Shown piece after piece: positions 37,086 through 50,370 of a DNA stretch of 64,000 bases. Within the stretch, counting starts at the first letter, position 1. Each line of letters starts with the position of its first letter. The position numbers were made by a program, and so were the translations under genes. The notes below the pieces were generated by a model. The model had not been told where the DNA came from and made no database searches. It worked only from the letters and a program-made list of their open reading frames with translations. Source of the DNA: Narcine bancroftii (taxonomy: Eukaryota); contig NC_091480.1 of assembly GCF_036971445.1 (NCBI RefSeq), positions 23,808,001-23,872,000 of the forward strand, in the 5' to 3' direction.

Positions 37086-38589
37086 GTTTTCTAGAGCTAT
37101 TCTGGGAACCTCGCCGTGCCTTTCAAAAACAGCGTTATGTTAGCAGAAATTGCTGTTTTGGCACAATAAAATGCAGTGAAAGAATTTCAAGGCATCAATA
37201 TAACATAAGCTTCTTCCTGCAGGCTGTGAGGCTGATGAGTGCTATCCTGTAACTGAGTCAACACCAAACATTTATATATTCTTATTTTTATGTATATCTT
37301 CATGTATATTTGTGATTATTATCTGTCGTGCTTTGTGCGTGTATTCATGTGCGTGCGGCAGTCCAGAGAAACAGTATTTCATCTGGTTGTACATGTACAA
37401 TCAGACAATAATAAACTTGAATGTGTTGCTTTTGCACTTGTTAAACATTCTCACTTCAGTGGGAATGTTGAGCAATTTGACCAAGATCAATGACTGCATT
37501 ATATTTGCACTGTTCAAAGAGTCTTTGTTTTCTTCCCGTAATGAAACAGTCAACGGCTGTATATGAGGGAAGAGCCTGAATGAAACAACTAATAAGTTAG
37601 CCCTATAAAGATCACAATTAAGATGCTTTCTCCTAATTTCATTTGCAGGGGAAAGCAGAACATTATATTTGTATCTAATCAGAGTGATCGAATGAATCTG
37701 GAGACTGAGATTATTCCAAATCATATTGAATTTTCATAATCTAATTGCAAGAAAATGTGTCTTTTGCCCATGAATCATAGATAATGAATGCATTATTTGA
37801 CTTTCAAATGGGCATTATTTTAGACTTGCACTTACAATTGAAGCCTCCAATGTTTCTTTTCCAACCAATCTCTTTAATAAATAATTACACACTATCTCTT
37901 TTATATTTCATCAATCCCATTATGAAAAATTAACTCTAAAATTACAATTTAATGATAATTATAACCTGTGCGATAATGCCCTTTTTAAACTCTTGTGCAC
38001 CATCCGACTCCAAAATACTGAAGCAAAATGAAAAGATTCAATGGAGCAAGTCAAGACGACTTCCCTATTCATTCCTTGGTTGATGCTGTCATGTACATCA
38101 TTTACAGTTGAAATGCTCAATGCCAAAAAAACACTGGTGTACACCTTAATTAAAAATTAATGGCTATGCCTTGCACAGACTGAATGAGGTTTCTAAAATC
38201 AACCAAACTAATAATGATGAGTTGACTTAGTAGAATATCACTCTACTGAAGCAGCAGTCCTGGAATTAATTTTGAGAGAGAAAAGTTTTTTGGATGTTGG
38301 CAAACATGCAGAAAGTACCCTGCATCACCAGAACCATTTTCTGGCTTCTTATGGGCGACTTGAAGAGAACACACTTGGCTTTGCAGGCCTTTGATTATGT
38401 CATAGACCTCCAAAATGGATTAATCATTGTATAATTTTGGCATTTAGAAGACAATTATCACATGGGGGTTGAATGGCAAATATGAAAACTGTAACAACCT
38501 TTACTGTGATATTTAAATTAGTACTACTCATGCCACAGGACAGTACAGCAATTCCTGGAAGAGTTTGAGCTGAGTTGAGAGAAGGAGAT

Positions 38590-38810
38590 GAAAGTCGTGC
38601 CTCTATACTGTACCCTTGACAATCTCAAGGACAATTAATGCGCTTCAAAATCAACTGATCCATTGAAGTGCAGTCAATATAGCTACGTCTGAAATGCAGA
38701 AAGAGATTTACGCACAAGGGCCAAAATGAAATACTGTGATAACAATCATCTAGCAATGTGTATTTTTGTGATATTGGCTGAGAGATGTTTCTTGGCCAGG
38801 GCATAAGGCA
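38590..38810 (-). mobile_element. DeuSINE (AmnSINE1-like) relic
   Basis: TTGAAGTGCAGTCA...TTTACGCACAAG...GTGATATTGGCTGAGAGATG..TTGGCCAGGGCA is the reverse complement of a Deu-domain-like sequence. Confidence 0.6.
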
Positions 38811-41800
38811 TGGTTCATAGAAGTCAGAATTGTTACATTAGTTGAGGCCATTTGCTGACTTCTCGTCCCTACGAATCCCACAACCCCCATCCCCATTGGC
38901 CTGCAAGTTATTCACTCTCAAGAACCTATCTAAATTTCTTCGAAAAATACCCATTGATTATTTTTCCCCCATCCCTCCAAACAATGACTTCTAGATCACA
39001 ATTATTCACTGAGTCAAAACATTTCTCCCCATACTCCTCTGAATGTTTTGCCCAATTTCCCAGAAGTTTTACGTCCACCTTGTAATGACAAAAAAAGGAC
39101 CCCATTTGCACATCTCACCCAAAGGTCACCACTTCTGACACAATACCATGACGGTACCAGACTGCTGGTCTAGATCTTCAACCTTCTGAGTAAAACTTCA
39201 ACCTTCTTCCTCAGGGTCTAACAATAAGTCAAATAAAACATTTGTGCCCTGCTCAATGTCTTTTATACAAAGAAGTGCATGATAATTAAAATTCAAAGTA
39301 TATGTGTTAAGTATACAGCATAGCCTTTTTGACCTTGTTTATTCATAGAATCCTAAATCGAGCCAAGTAATGATTTCTTTCTTTCAGAATCAACTTGCTG
39401 CACTGTGCGGTATCCCTACAAGACAACACAGAGAATGTCTTTTATTTATTTTCTGACAGTAATAACTACTTAGCATCAGCTTGTCAGGGGTTTGACAACA
39501 GGGATGAGATTTATATTTAGATAATGTATTCACCACCACCACTCTATTGCTGAGACCCACTATACTATACCACAGTACAAAAAGTCAACCTTAATTATCT
39601 GCTACGTTGGATTCTATCTGCCCAAGTTGTCAACAAAATTATGTGCTACATACTGTCTCTTAACGAGGTATTATCAGTTTGAATTTTGCAAGCCAAGAAT
39701 TCCTGACTATGGTTGATTCAAAGTATGCGTGTTGGGCATTGAATGTGGGCCACTTAATCTTTATTGTAACCTGTCAAAACAGTACTGGGAGAGCTATCCA
39801 CAAGCAGAAAATTTAGGTGGAAGGCTGTGGCTAACTCAGGTAAAGAAACTTGATTCAAACTTGCCTCCTGTTCACAGTGAACAGGTGTAATGGAGAAATG
39901 GGGACAAGAGGGGGTGGGAAATGAATTGCTGGACACTCCCTCTGTTTTGTTTCCACAGTTATTGTAATATTCATCTGCTGTTTTCTTAAACTTGGATCTG
40001 AAGTATACCACAAATGCTGTCTGAATCTCTCCATGATTCATTTGTGCTTCATACATCTAATCTCAGGTCGGGTGCTTGTGGAAAATGCAGCATTAATTGT
40101 CCATCCCCTTCCCAGGCTCCTCCTTCCCACACAGGCCACCCACCCCCACCAGCACCCCCCCTCCCTCCTTACCCAAAGGATGCTGAACAGCATCCATGCA
40201 TTGGGGGCTGGTATTGCAGGGAGAGAAATGGAGCCTTCCATCACTGAAAGACACCTGTGAGTCAATTGTTTTTCTTTGGTAACAAGCTGGCAGCTATCAT
40301 TATTTTGCTAGTTCATCCCTCAAATTGACAGCTTTAATAAATTCAATTCCCAGACTTTTGATTGATAGGATTTGAACTCATGGGGCAAGGTATTGCTTCA
40401 AATATTTTGGCTGCAGAAATAGGTGGGTTGAAGGGCCTGTTTCTGTGCTGTACAATGCCACAACTCCATGTCGTTCAATGGCTTCAATGTGACATTCAAT
40501 ATTTCTTTTGAAATGATGATGTATTACCTTCCAAAAGGGATCAAGCTACTCCATGAATGAAGAGAAGCATTTTAATTGTGAATTGAAGTATTTAAAATGA
40601 AGCTTCAGTGTTTACCATGGGAGCTATAACCCACACCCCAGTGTTCTCACAAAAGACTTCACCAGATAACAGAGCAAGGTGAAAGTTTCCATTAGGGGAC
40701 ACTCTTAGGTGGCAGCAGAGATTGTAAAGGTCCAGCTACAGATCGCAGCCTTTGCAACAAAGGCCCAGACTACTCCTGCTGTGTGAAACTATGAGCCCAG
40801 ATTTATTTTGTAAATTTAGGCATACAGCATGGTTAACAGGCCCTTCTGGCCCACAAGCCCATACTGCCCAAAATACCCCAATTAACCTACAACCCCTGTG
40901 CGTTCTCTTACCTAGAACCAGGGTGTTGCTTGTGAAGGTCAAATAAAGAGCTTCACATTGTAAGCATTTAAAACAAGAGCAGAAGGGGTGGTGTCAGATC
41001 ACAGCATCAGCAGTTGGACGTGTCAAGATGGGAGAGAGGCAAATGATGAGGCGTTTCCTTTGGCATGAGTAGTTGCGCTGGCTTTAACATTCCTCAAAAG
41101 GAGGAGACAGTCCGCCACCAGTCATGATATTCTATAAAAGCAGCCTTCTCACAGGAAGGTTCCCTTGAAGAAAGAGTATGAGGTGTACAAAGAATATTTG
41201 TGATATGGTTGGAATACTGAGTGAAGAGTTGTAACTCCCTTCCCCCAATCCTTGTACAATCAATTGAATTCGTCTTTTCATTTAAACCAATGGTTCAATA
41301 TTACAGGGGTGCCTCACTTGATCAATCGTAAACACAGGCAAGTCCCCAATTCACCCTGGCGTCCTCATCATCTCATTCCTCAAGCCTGTGTGTATTTTCT
41401 TTCAACTTTCAACGACAGAGTTATTTTCGAAACCTGTTTGGCATTATCAAGCATTATTAAATCATCTCTCCCCAACCATATCCGACAGCTTAATGATCCC
41501 TCTTCAGAATAAAATATGAAAATGCTAGGGAGCATTGATGGACAGATGATCTTGGGCAATTTCTCCATCACAGAAGCTACCTGGCCTACTGAACATTTCC
41601 AGCACGTTCTGATTTTATTTCAAATTTCTACCATCTGAAGTATGCTGCTTCGAGAAGAAAGCCCTCCTGTGAAGATGAGACCCCTTTGCCAACATGATGG
41701 AGAAGGCTGTTGAGGCTAAATGAATTATTTTTAATGTGATAATGTTCCACAGCTGAGATTTCTGCAAAACAATGAGTGAGAAATTCATCAGCTACTAGGC

Positions 41801-42599
41801 AACACAAGAACATTAAATTTTCTAGATTGGCTTGCATGTGCTTAATGTAAAAGTATTCTCAAAGACATTAAACCCAGGAATGAATATTGTAATTTTTGCC
41901 AATGCTACAGAATGCAGCAGAACTAATGGAACATCTAAGGATGGGTGAGGTAAAATGTCATAAATATAAAACATTGAAAGTGTGTTGAAATATTTTCTTG
42001 TGAGAATTTGCTAATATGAGAATCTTACTTGATGGCCATTAAAAATCCACTCAGACCTTGTACTATATTTTTGGATATCTAGTAGTGAGACAGGGTTTGA
42101 ATTTTATAAAGGTTTTGTAATTTGAGTTGGTTGCCCTATGTGATACCAGTAAAGGCTGTGAGGTAGCACAGCCTGTGAAGTAATGCGAAACGACTGACTG
42201 CAGTTTCAGGATTCCCATACATTGTACCATGGGCATAATTTCCAAAATCTCTGCCAGTTTCATAATGTGATAGCGATTACTGATGTTGATGATGACCGAT
42301 AGTTTCACCATTATTACAACTGTCAAATGTGTATCCAAGATATCAAATGACAAAGATCCAACTCAACTATTCAGATTCATTGATCGAAGGTAGTGAAGTT
42401 GGCCACAGAAGACTGTCAATCTGTGCTTCCAATTATTTAATTTGATTCACTGAAGGAAAACTAAAGCAATTTTAATATATATTACAAAGGATTGCCACTA
42501 ATTGAAATATTAAACCTATTATGACTGACATATAAAATATTAGAATCTATGGGCAAAGCATGGCATTCGCTTGAGGTCCTCAATACGTCAAAGGAGTTA

Positions 42600-42975
42600 A
42601 ACAAGAAAATCTGCAGGTGCTGGAATCAAGCACAATAGCTCCGGAGAAACTCAGCAGGTCACGCAACATTCATAGGAAGTAAAAAGTAACCGACTTTTTG
42701 GGCCTGGCCCCTTCGTTGGGTCGAAGCAAAAACAGACAGTCATCTGAATTAAAAAGCTGGGTGGAGGGGAGATGCAAGGGAAGGAGCACAAGCGAACAGG
42801 TAAGAGGTCATAGATGGATTCAGGTGAGAGGGCAGAAAAATGAGAAGTGATAGGGGAGGAAGGCATGAGGAGGGGGGAGTTGGAGGAAAGGAGGAAGAGG
42901 AAAAGAGAGGGGGGGGTTATGGGAAGTAGAAGTCAATGTAAATGCCATCCAGTTGGAGTGTGTTCTGAACAAGAT
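42600..42975 (-). mobile_element. Penelope-like terminal region
   Basis: AAATCTGCAGGTGCTGG...GGAGAAACTCAGCAGGTCACGCAACATTCATAGGAAGTAAA; homologous to 12820-13190. Confidence 0.8.
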
Positions 42976-43109
42976 ACTGCTGCGAGTTAAGTGGTAGCTG
43001 AGATTTGAGGTTGACTCGGAATGATGTGCTCCACTTCAATTTGATGAATAGCCAATAGGATGTAGTCATCAAGTAGGATGTATTCCTTAAATTATTGAGG
43101 CTCTGGTCA

Positions 43110-44666
43110 TAATTTGGTCACCTTTTATGCTCACTTTAAGAATGGTGCCTATGAGAACCCTTGCAGAGGCTGACGACCCTGTGTTATCTGTCTCCAAGCC
43201 CAACATCAGAACATCATTCAAGTGTGTGAACCCTCGCAAGGCATCAGGCCCTCGCGGCATACCTAGCAGGATATGGAAAATCTGTGCCAACCAACTAACC
43301 AGAGTGTTCGTTCACGGACATTTTCAATCTCTCACTGCTGCAGTCGGCAGTTCCCACCTGCTTCAAAAGAGCATCAATCTTCCGGGTATCCAAGAAGAGC
43401 AGCGGGAGATGCCTCAATGACTATCATTCAACAGCACTTGCATCTACTGTGATTAAATGTTTTCAGAGATTGGCCAGGGCCAGAATTATCATGTACCTAA
43501 GTAAAGATCTGGGCCCACTGCAATTTGCCAAACCATCACAATCATTCAACAGTAGATACACTAACACTGGCTCTGGATCACCTAGACAACAGCAACATGT
43601 ACATCTGGTTATTCTTCATTGACACTAGCTTAACCTTCAACACCCTCATTGCCTCAGTGCTGGCCCAAAAGCTCCAAACTATGGGCCTCTGCACCCCCTC
43701 TGCAACTGGATCCTTGACTTCCTCATCAGAAGACCACAGTCAGTATGAATTGGAAACAACGTCTCCTCCTCACTGATGATCAACACAGGTGCACCTCAAG
43801 GATGTGTGCTTAGGCCACTGCTCTACTCACTCTACACCCATGACTGTATGACAAGGCACAATTCAAATGCTGTCTACAAATTTGCCGATGGTTGACGGCA
43901 GAATCACAGATGGAAAAGAGGAAGTGTACAGGAGGGAGATAGATCAGCTAGTTGAGTGGTGTCACAACAACCACCTTGTACTCAATGTTAGAGTAAAACC
44001 AAGAAGCTGACTGTGGACTTCAGGAAGGGGAAATCTGGTAGAATACGAACAGGAACTAGTGTGGAGAGGGTCAAGAACTTCAAATTCATGGATGTCATCA
44101 TCTCTGAGGATCTGCTCTGGGTGCTTCCTGTCAATCCAGTCATGAAGAAAGCTCACCAGTGGCTATACACCGTGAGGAGTTTGAGGAGATTTGGTGTGTC
44201 GCTAAACACTCTCTAAAATTGGAGATCATTCTGTCTGGTATGGTGGCGATAATGCACAGGGCAAGAAGGAAATCCAGAGAGTAGTTAACTCGGCCAGCGA
44301 CATCACGGACACCAATCTTCACTCCATCAAGGACAGCTACAAGAGGCGGTGTCTTAAGAAAGAATCCTTTATCCTCAAGGACGTCCGCCGGTCAGGCCAT
44401 GCTCTCTCTACTCTGATACCAGCTACCATCAGGAAAAAAGTACAGGAGCCTGAAGCAAGCACAAGAATAGCTTCTTCCCGTCTGCCATCAGACTTCTGAA
44501 TGGACAATGAACCACAGACACTGCCTTGCTTTATTTTCTTGCACAATTTACATATACAGGTATTTGAAATGAAATTTTAGATCAATATTTGCATTGTAAT
44601 GCTGCCGCAAACAATAAATTTTGTGACACGTTCATAACAAAAAAATTCTGATATCCCTGATTCTGA
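43110..44666 (+). mobile_element. Rex1/Babar-like LINE, RT domain to 3' tail (disrupted)
   Basis: VNPRKASGP, LCNWILDFLIRRPQSV, INTGAPQGCVLRPLLYSLYTHDC, YKFAD; tail ATTCTGA. Confidence 0.92.
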
Positions 44667-44969
44667 CAATCTCCAAATATCCTGAGTTACAGATGTGTGT
44701 CCAAGGAGTGGAAAATTACAAATGTTAAAAATTGGATGGATGGAATAAATTATCTAGTTTAATTTCATGATGAAGAACATTCCAGGATCAATCATCAGGG
44801 ACAGAATATGCAGGCATTTGGATTGACATGAAAAAGGGTTTTTTTTAATAGACAAAACAGGCCGAACTAACTTGAATGACCTTATGACCTTTTTGCTTGA
44901 GAAAATAATCATGACTAATTTGGATGCAACCACCCAAAATTAATTTTCCCATCACATCTGATCTCATCA

Positions 44970-45570
44970 TTTTAAAATCCCGCACCACAGGATCTAGCCC
45001 AAAATGCCGGCGCCTATGATCAGCAGTGGCCGTGGGCGGCCACTCCAGGGAAGTGGAGGACTGTCGCAAGTCACCAGAAAATGGAGAGACCGTCCCATTG
45101 TTTGAGAAGGAGAAGCAGAGGGCAATGACCAGTGAAGAGCTCTGAAGAAGACACAGAAGGAGGTGGGCTGTTGGTGACTTGAGGCAAGGCACCCACATTG
45201 GATGTGGGGTGCTGGCGATTGCGATCAAAGGACTCACATCAGGCTGCAGACAGTTGGAGACTGGCCCCAAGACTGGCTGAAGGGGCACCAGATATCAGAA
45301 CTGGACTGAGAGAGGGCACAGGAGGCTTCCTGGCCATATCAGAAGTGTGCATCTGGAACTCAGGTTGCAGATGGTTGGGGCTGAAAGCTGTATGGCTGCG
45401 AAGGCTGCAGGAGCTCTGGAGATGAAGCCATTGACATTCAGTGATCCTGGGGCAATTCTTTTTTGCTTCTCTTTCTCTGACTATAAGGGGCACTGGGGCA
45501 ATTTTCACTGATAATGAATCTTTGTTTGCCTTATGGTAGATGAAAGGATATTTCGTGTAATATCAAATCT
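44970..45570 (+). mobile_element. Non-coding non-autonomous retroposon family, 5'-truncated copy
   Basis: Homologous to 32192-32850 and 21780-22130. Confidence 0.7.
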
Positions 45571-46275
45571 TGATTAAACAACTTAAAAAAAAACTTGCCG
45601 GGCATCCACTTGTTTGAGTTGGTGCCCTGAGTTAAACCTTACAAATGTAGTCTCCTCTCTGTTGGAGAAAGAAAACTCTTACTGGGTAACCATTTTGTTC
45701 AATTGGCATGGGGTACTCTAGCCTCCAGTTGCCTGTTTTTTAAAAATTTTCGATGCCTGACCTGGCTGTCTTGTCTCTTACAGCAAAGCATAAGGTAAGC
45801 TCTCACCTTCCAACCTGGCTCATTACAACCATATTTACTGGGGACTCCAACCTGGGTTCTTTACTCACCATTTTGGAGGGTTGGACCCATCACACTAAAG
45901 GCATCATGAAGAAAGCATATAAGTGCCTCTACTTTCTCAAGAGTTTGCAAAGGTTTATATGACATCAGAAACACTGGAAAATCTCTACAGATGTGTGCTA
46001 GAAAGTGTGCATCGCTGCCTTGTATGGGGAACACCAATGCTCCTGAGTGCAAAGCCCTGCTGTTGAAGAGCAGCAGCAATCTTCAAGGATCCACATCACC
46101 AGGCACCTACACTGTTTTTTCCTGTTGCCATCGGGAAAAGTTACAGGTGCCACAAACTTGCACCACCAGTTTCAGGAACAGTAATTATCTGTCCATCATC
46201 AGATTCTTCAACAATAAACTCAATCAGGGACTAATTTAAGGATTCTTACTTTTGTCCTTTCAGAGAGGAAAAAAT

Positions 46276-48016
46276 TTAGTTACTTAAGGTATTGGTTGAA
46301 TTATTCAGAATTATCTCTAAATCCCCATTGGGTAAATTTAGAAATTAAACTGGTACAAAATTTTTCAATTAGCTCTATTTTGGGAGCTGCTCTCCCTTTT
46401 ACTCTTACTAAATTATATAAACAAATTGATAATCCAATGGCTAAACATACACTACGTATATGGTTTCAATTCCGGAGATTTTTTGGCCTAAGTCATTTTA
46501 TCTTGGAAACCCCTATTGTACTAAATTTCTTTTCTCATCCCTCTCTAATTGATCAAGCTTATTTACTCTGGAAAGTTAAAGGTATAACATGCTTTTCGGA
46601 TTTATTCTTGGATAACTCTTTCATGTCATTTGAACAATTATCCATGAAATATGATTTACCTAGATCTCATTTCTTTCGATATTTGCAGATTAGGAGTTTC
46701 TTAGTTTCGACTTTACCCTCTTTTCCCAATCGGGAGACTACGACTGTTTTAGAGGATATACTATATTCAAAATTCCCTCCAAAAGGTGTGATATCTAAAT
46801 TATATAATATAATTACAAAAATAAATTCTGGGACTTTTGGAAAGTTTAAAAATGATTGGGAAAGAGAACTCAACCTTCATATTTCCAATGAAAATTGGAA
46901 TAAAATTCTGCGACTGGTAAACTCCTCTTCTCTATGTGCAAAACATTCACTGATACAGTTTAAAGTTGTTCATAGAGCTCATATGTCTAAAGATAAACTC
47001 CATCGTTTTTATTTTCATATCGATCCTGTATGTGATAAATGTCAATTGGAAATAGCTTCCCTTACACATATGTTTTGGTCCTGTCCCTCTTTACAGAATT
47101 ATTGGAAGGAATTTTTTTATTTTCATATCGATCCTATATGTGATAAATGTCAATTGGAAATAGCTTCCCTTACACATATGTTTTGGTCCTGTCCCTCTTT
47201 ACAGAATTATTGGAAGGAATTTTTTTATTTTCATATCGATCCTATATGTGATAAATGTTAATTGGAAATAGCTTCCCTTACACATATGTTTTGGTCCTGT
47301 CCCTCTTTACAGAATTATTGGAAGGAAATTTTTTCCATTATATCTACCGTTTTGAATATTGATTTACAACCACATCCCATTACTGCAATTTTTGGATTAC
47401 CTATGATAGATTTGATTTATTTATCTCTTCCTGCGGATTGTATGATTGCTTTTCTTACACTAATGGCTAGAAGATCTATACTATTGAATTGGAAAGAGGT
47501 TAATCCTCCCACTGTTTTCCAATGGTTTACCCAAACTATACTATGTTTAAATTTAGAGAAAATTAGAAACTCTGTCTATGAATCCCCTTCTAAGTTTGAG
47601 TTAACCTGGCGACCATTTATTCAATATTTTCATTTGTGGTGAGTTGATCTGGCTCTGTTTTCTTTTTATGATTATGTATGATAATTGGGCTGTTAGATGA
47701 GATCGGAGTGATCGGCGTGATTTAGCTATATCGGTAGGTATTTTTAAAAAGTTTTTAATTCAGATTTGTTTTTTCTTCCTTTTTGGGTTTTTTTTCTCTC
47801 TTTTTTTAAAATATATTTTTATTAATTATATCATTTTTTTAGAGATAGTTCATACTCTAAACTGATCTAAAAAAAATTTTTATGATATATTTTTATTCTG
47901 CAATATTATTGTTTAATATCTCTGTATTAATTCGTTATTTACTATGTATTTTTCATATCTCTTTGAACTGTATGTGTTTATAAATTATAATAATAATAAA
48001 AAGATTGGAAAAGAAA
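46276..48016 (+). mobile_element. 5'-truncated young L1-clade LINE (ORF2 C-terminus plus 3'UTR) with a 14-bp TSD
   Basis: ORFs 46296-47261 and 47262-47642 are one frame with a single stop: FFRYLQIRSF, IQFKVVHRAHMSK, CDKC..ASLTHMFWSC, ARRSILLNWK. TSD AGAGAGGAAAAAAT at 46262-46275 and 48017-48030. Confidence 0.96.
47006..47330 (+). repeat. Three tandem 108-bp in-frame copies of the L1 ORF2 CCHC zinc knuckle
   Basis: ATTTTCATATCGATCC at 47011, 47119 and 47227; the third copy has CAA>TAA at 47259. Confidence 0.97.
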
Positions 48017-48559
48017 AGAGAGGAAAAAATAACAATCATCTGTTTATTTAAATGTGTACTTTGTGTACAGTTTTTTTTGCACTGCCAATAAGTAGTAATT
48101 CTGCCTCACCCGCAGGGAAAAAGAATCTCAGGGTTGTACTCACGTCTGTACTCTGAAAATAAATCTGAAATCTGAAATCTCAATTCAACAATTTCAGAAA
48201 ATCAGCCATTCCAGCTTGGATCCAAATTGACAGGCAGCTGTGTTGTCGCCAACATTTTGTTATTAGGTTTCCAGCCATTGCAGTGTTGTGCAACCTAATG
48301 ATGCAGTGTGGCTTAAATCTCTGACCTCTCTCCTCACTCATCTCTTTTTGCCTACATCTCCACCAGACAGACCTTCAATCCCTCATCAGATACTCCCTTA
48401 CTCTACAGTACAAACACATCCTCCTTTCCAACTTTCCTTAGATGTTCTGAACGGCAAGGATCATTTTGATTTTCTCATCACGGATGTTGCATGACCTGCT
48501 GAATGTTTTCAGACTTCTGTTTTTTTTAACTTTCGAATCTTAAGTCAGTTTCCTTGCAA

Positions 48560-49365
48560 CAGAAGAACATAAGGATAGAAGAAGTAGCAGCAGGAGCAGG
48601 CCATCCAGTGCGCCAAGCCTGCTCTGCCATTCCACGTGATCGTGGCTGATCTGATAATACACTCATCTCCAACTACCTGCCTTTCTCCCATATCTCTTAC
48701 TACGTAAAAATCTATTTAACTTTATCTTAACTGAGGTCACCTCCACCGCTTCAATGAGCAGCGAATTCCACAGATTTATCACTCTCTCGGAAAACCAGTT
48801 CCTCCTCATCTCCATCCTAAATCTACTACCCTGAATCTTGATGTTAGATCCCCTGGTTCTGGTCTCCACTACCAATGGAAAAACATACCTACTTGAATCT
48901 TATCCAGTTTTTCATTATTTCTTACATTTCTATAAGATCTCCTCTCATTCTTCTAAATACTAGTGAGTACAGACCCAGACGACTCAATCTCTCCTGATAA
49001 AAGCCAACCCCATCATCTCTAGAATCAACCTATTGAACCTCCTCTGCACCATCTCCAAAGCCGGTACATCCTTTCTCAAGTAAGGGGACCAGAACTGCAC
49101 GCGGTACAGATACTGCAGATGCGGTCTAACAAGTATCTTGTACAATTGCAGCATATTCTCTCTACTCCCAAATTCAATCACTCTAACAATGAAGGTCAAC
49201 ATTTCATTTCCCTTCTTGATAGTCTGCTGCACCTCCAAACCAACCTTTTGCAATTCATGCACAAACAATCCCAAGTCCTTCTGCATGGCAGCATCCTGCA
49301 ATCGCTTTCCATTTAAATAATATTCTGCTCTTCTTCCTTCCAAAGTGGATAACTCACATTTGCCT
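48560..49365 (-). mobile_element. CR1 LINE 3' ~800 bp
   Basis: YYLNGKRLQ...QKDLGLFVHE...MLQLYKILVRPHLQY...VQFWSPYLRKD..ALEMVQRRF. Confidence 0.93.
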
Positions 49366-49459
49366 GAGCTTGCTATATCCTCAAAGGATATAAAGAGGAT
49401 GCAAGAATATCTGATCATATAAAGATCATATAAAGACAATAAAGATTTCACTTCCTGAA

Positions 49460-50370
49460 GACTTTTTGGTTCATTTTATGGATTTTGGGCTGTCGATCAC
49501 AAAAATCACATTGAAATTTTCCTATCACATACCGTGTTTTAGATAAAATCTGTTTTTATGATTTTTATATCATATTTTAAGTTGCCCACAAAGCAAGCAG
49601 TTTTAGTCAGTCCAAATATAAAAGCAAGCAGTTTTAGTCAGTCTAAATATAAAAGCAAGCAGTTTTAGTCAGTCCAAGTATGCCTGGGTAAATGTCTTGG
49701 TCAGTCCAACCATGCCTGTGTACATATTGTTTTAGGCCTGGGCATGCTTAGTCAGGATAAATGTAGACAGGCTATAAAAGCAGCTCACATACATAGATCC
49801 TGTGCATTACATTGATATAGATTGAACACATGTTGATGCACCTGTTGTTCAGGCAATAACAAAGCGAGTGTACTTAACAATTGCATTATTGTCTGCAGGT
49901 TAAATGCAGCAGAAATGACTGGTCATTGTGGCAACAGCTGTGATACATTCTGTTACACACTTAAGGCTCAAAGATGCAGCATGACTGCATTTATTAAGAA
50001 AGCCTATGAGCTTTACTTCATTTGTAAAATAGGTGACCAAGTATATACTTAAGGGTCAAATACGCAGCATGACTGCACTTATTAAGAAAGCCAATGACCT
50101 CTACTTTGTTTGTAAAATAGGTGACCAAGAGAAATCCTGGGCTCCTCACATTTATTGTGCAGTCGGTGCAGTTAACCTAAGAGCTTGGCTCAGAGGTAAA
50201 TTATACGATTAGACATGCTAAATTCAATAAAAGCTCATTTAATATTTCACAAACTTCCTACGTGATGCATTAAATCTGAAATTACTTTGGTGTTCAGCCT
50301 GAAGTTGTATATCATAATTCCCAATTATTTTTCAGGAAGCAAACCTTCTCAAAATAATTGTTGTCCAGTG
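49460..50370 (+). mobile_element. Chapaev3-like (CMC) DNA transposon deletion derivative with internal tandem duplications
   Basis: C..SCDTFCY...KKAYELYF.CKIGDQ, EKSWAPHIYCAVGAVNLRAWLRG N-terminal zinc domain; right end ...GTTGTCCAGTG; 30-bp x3 repeat at ~49590-49680 and 88-bp x2 at ~49955-50130. Confidence 0.8.

Larger units (their letters stand above)
45860..48180 (+). mobile_element. Rex1-like LINE 3' end (45860-46261 plus 48031-48180) split by an L1
   Basis: IMKKAYKCLYFLKSLQRF, TTSFRNS; the tail resumes after the L1 and ends AAATCTGAAATCTGAAATCT. Confidence 0.85.

Noticed and set aside
11256-39900. CACAGTG heptamers as V(D)J recombination signals
   Set aside because: None that I checked has a nonamer at 12 or 23 bp, and no V or J segments are present.
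42153-42174. Hairpin containing TGAGGTAG (let-7 5' end)
   Set aside because: 8-bp stem with the motif mostly in the loop; the rest of let-7 is absent.
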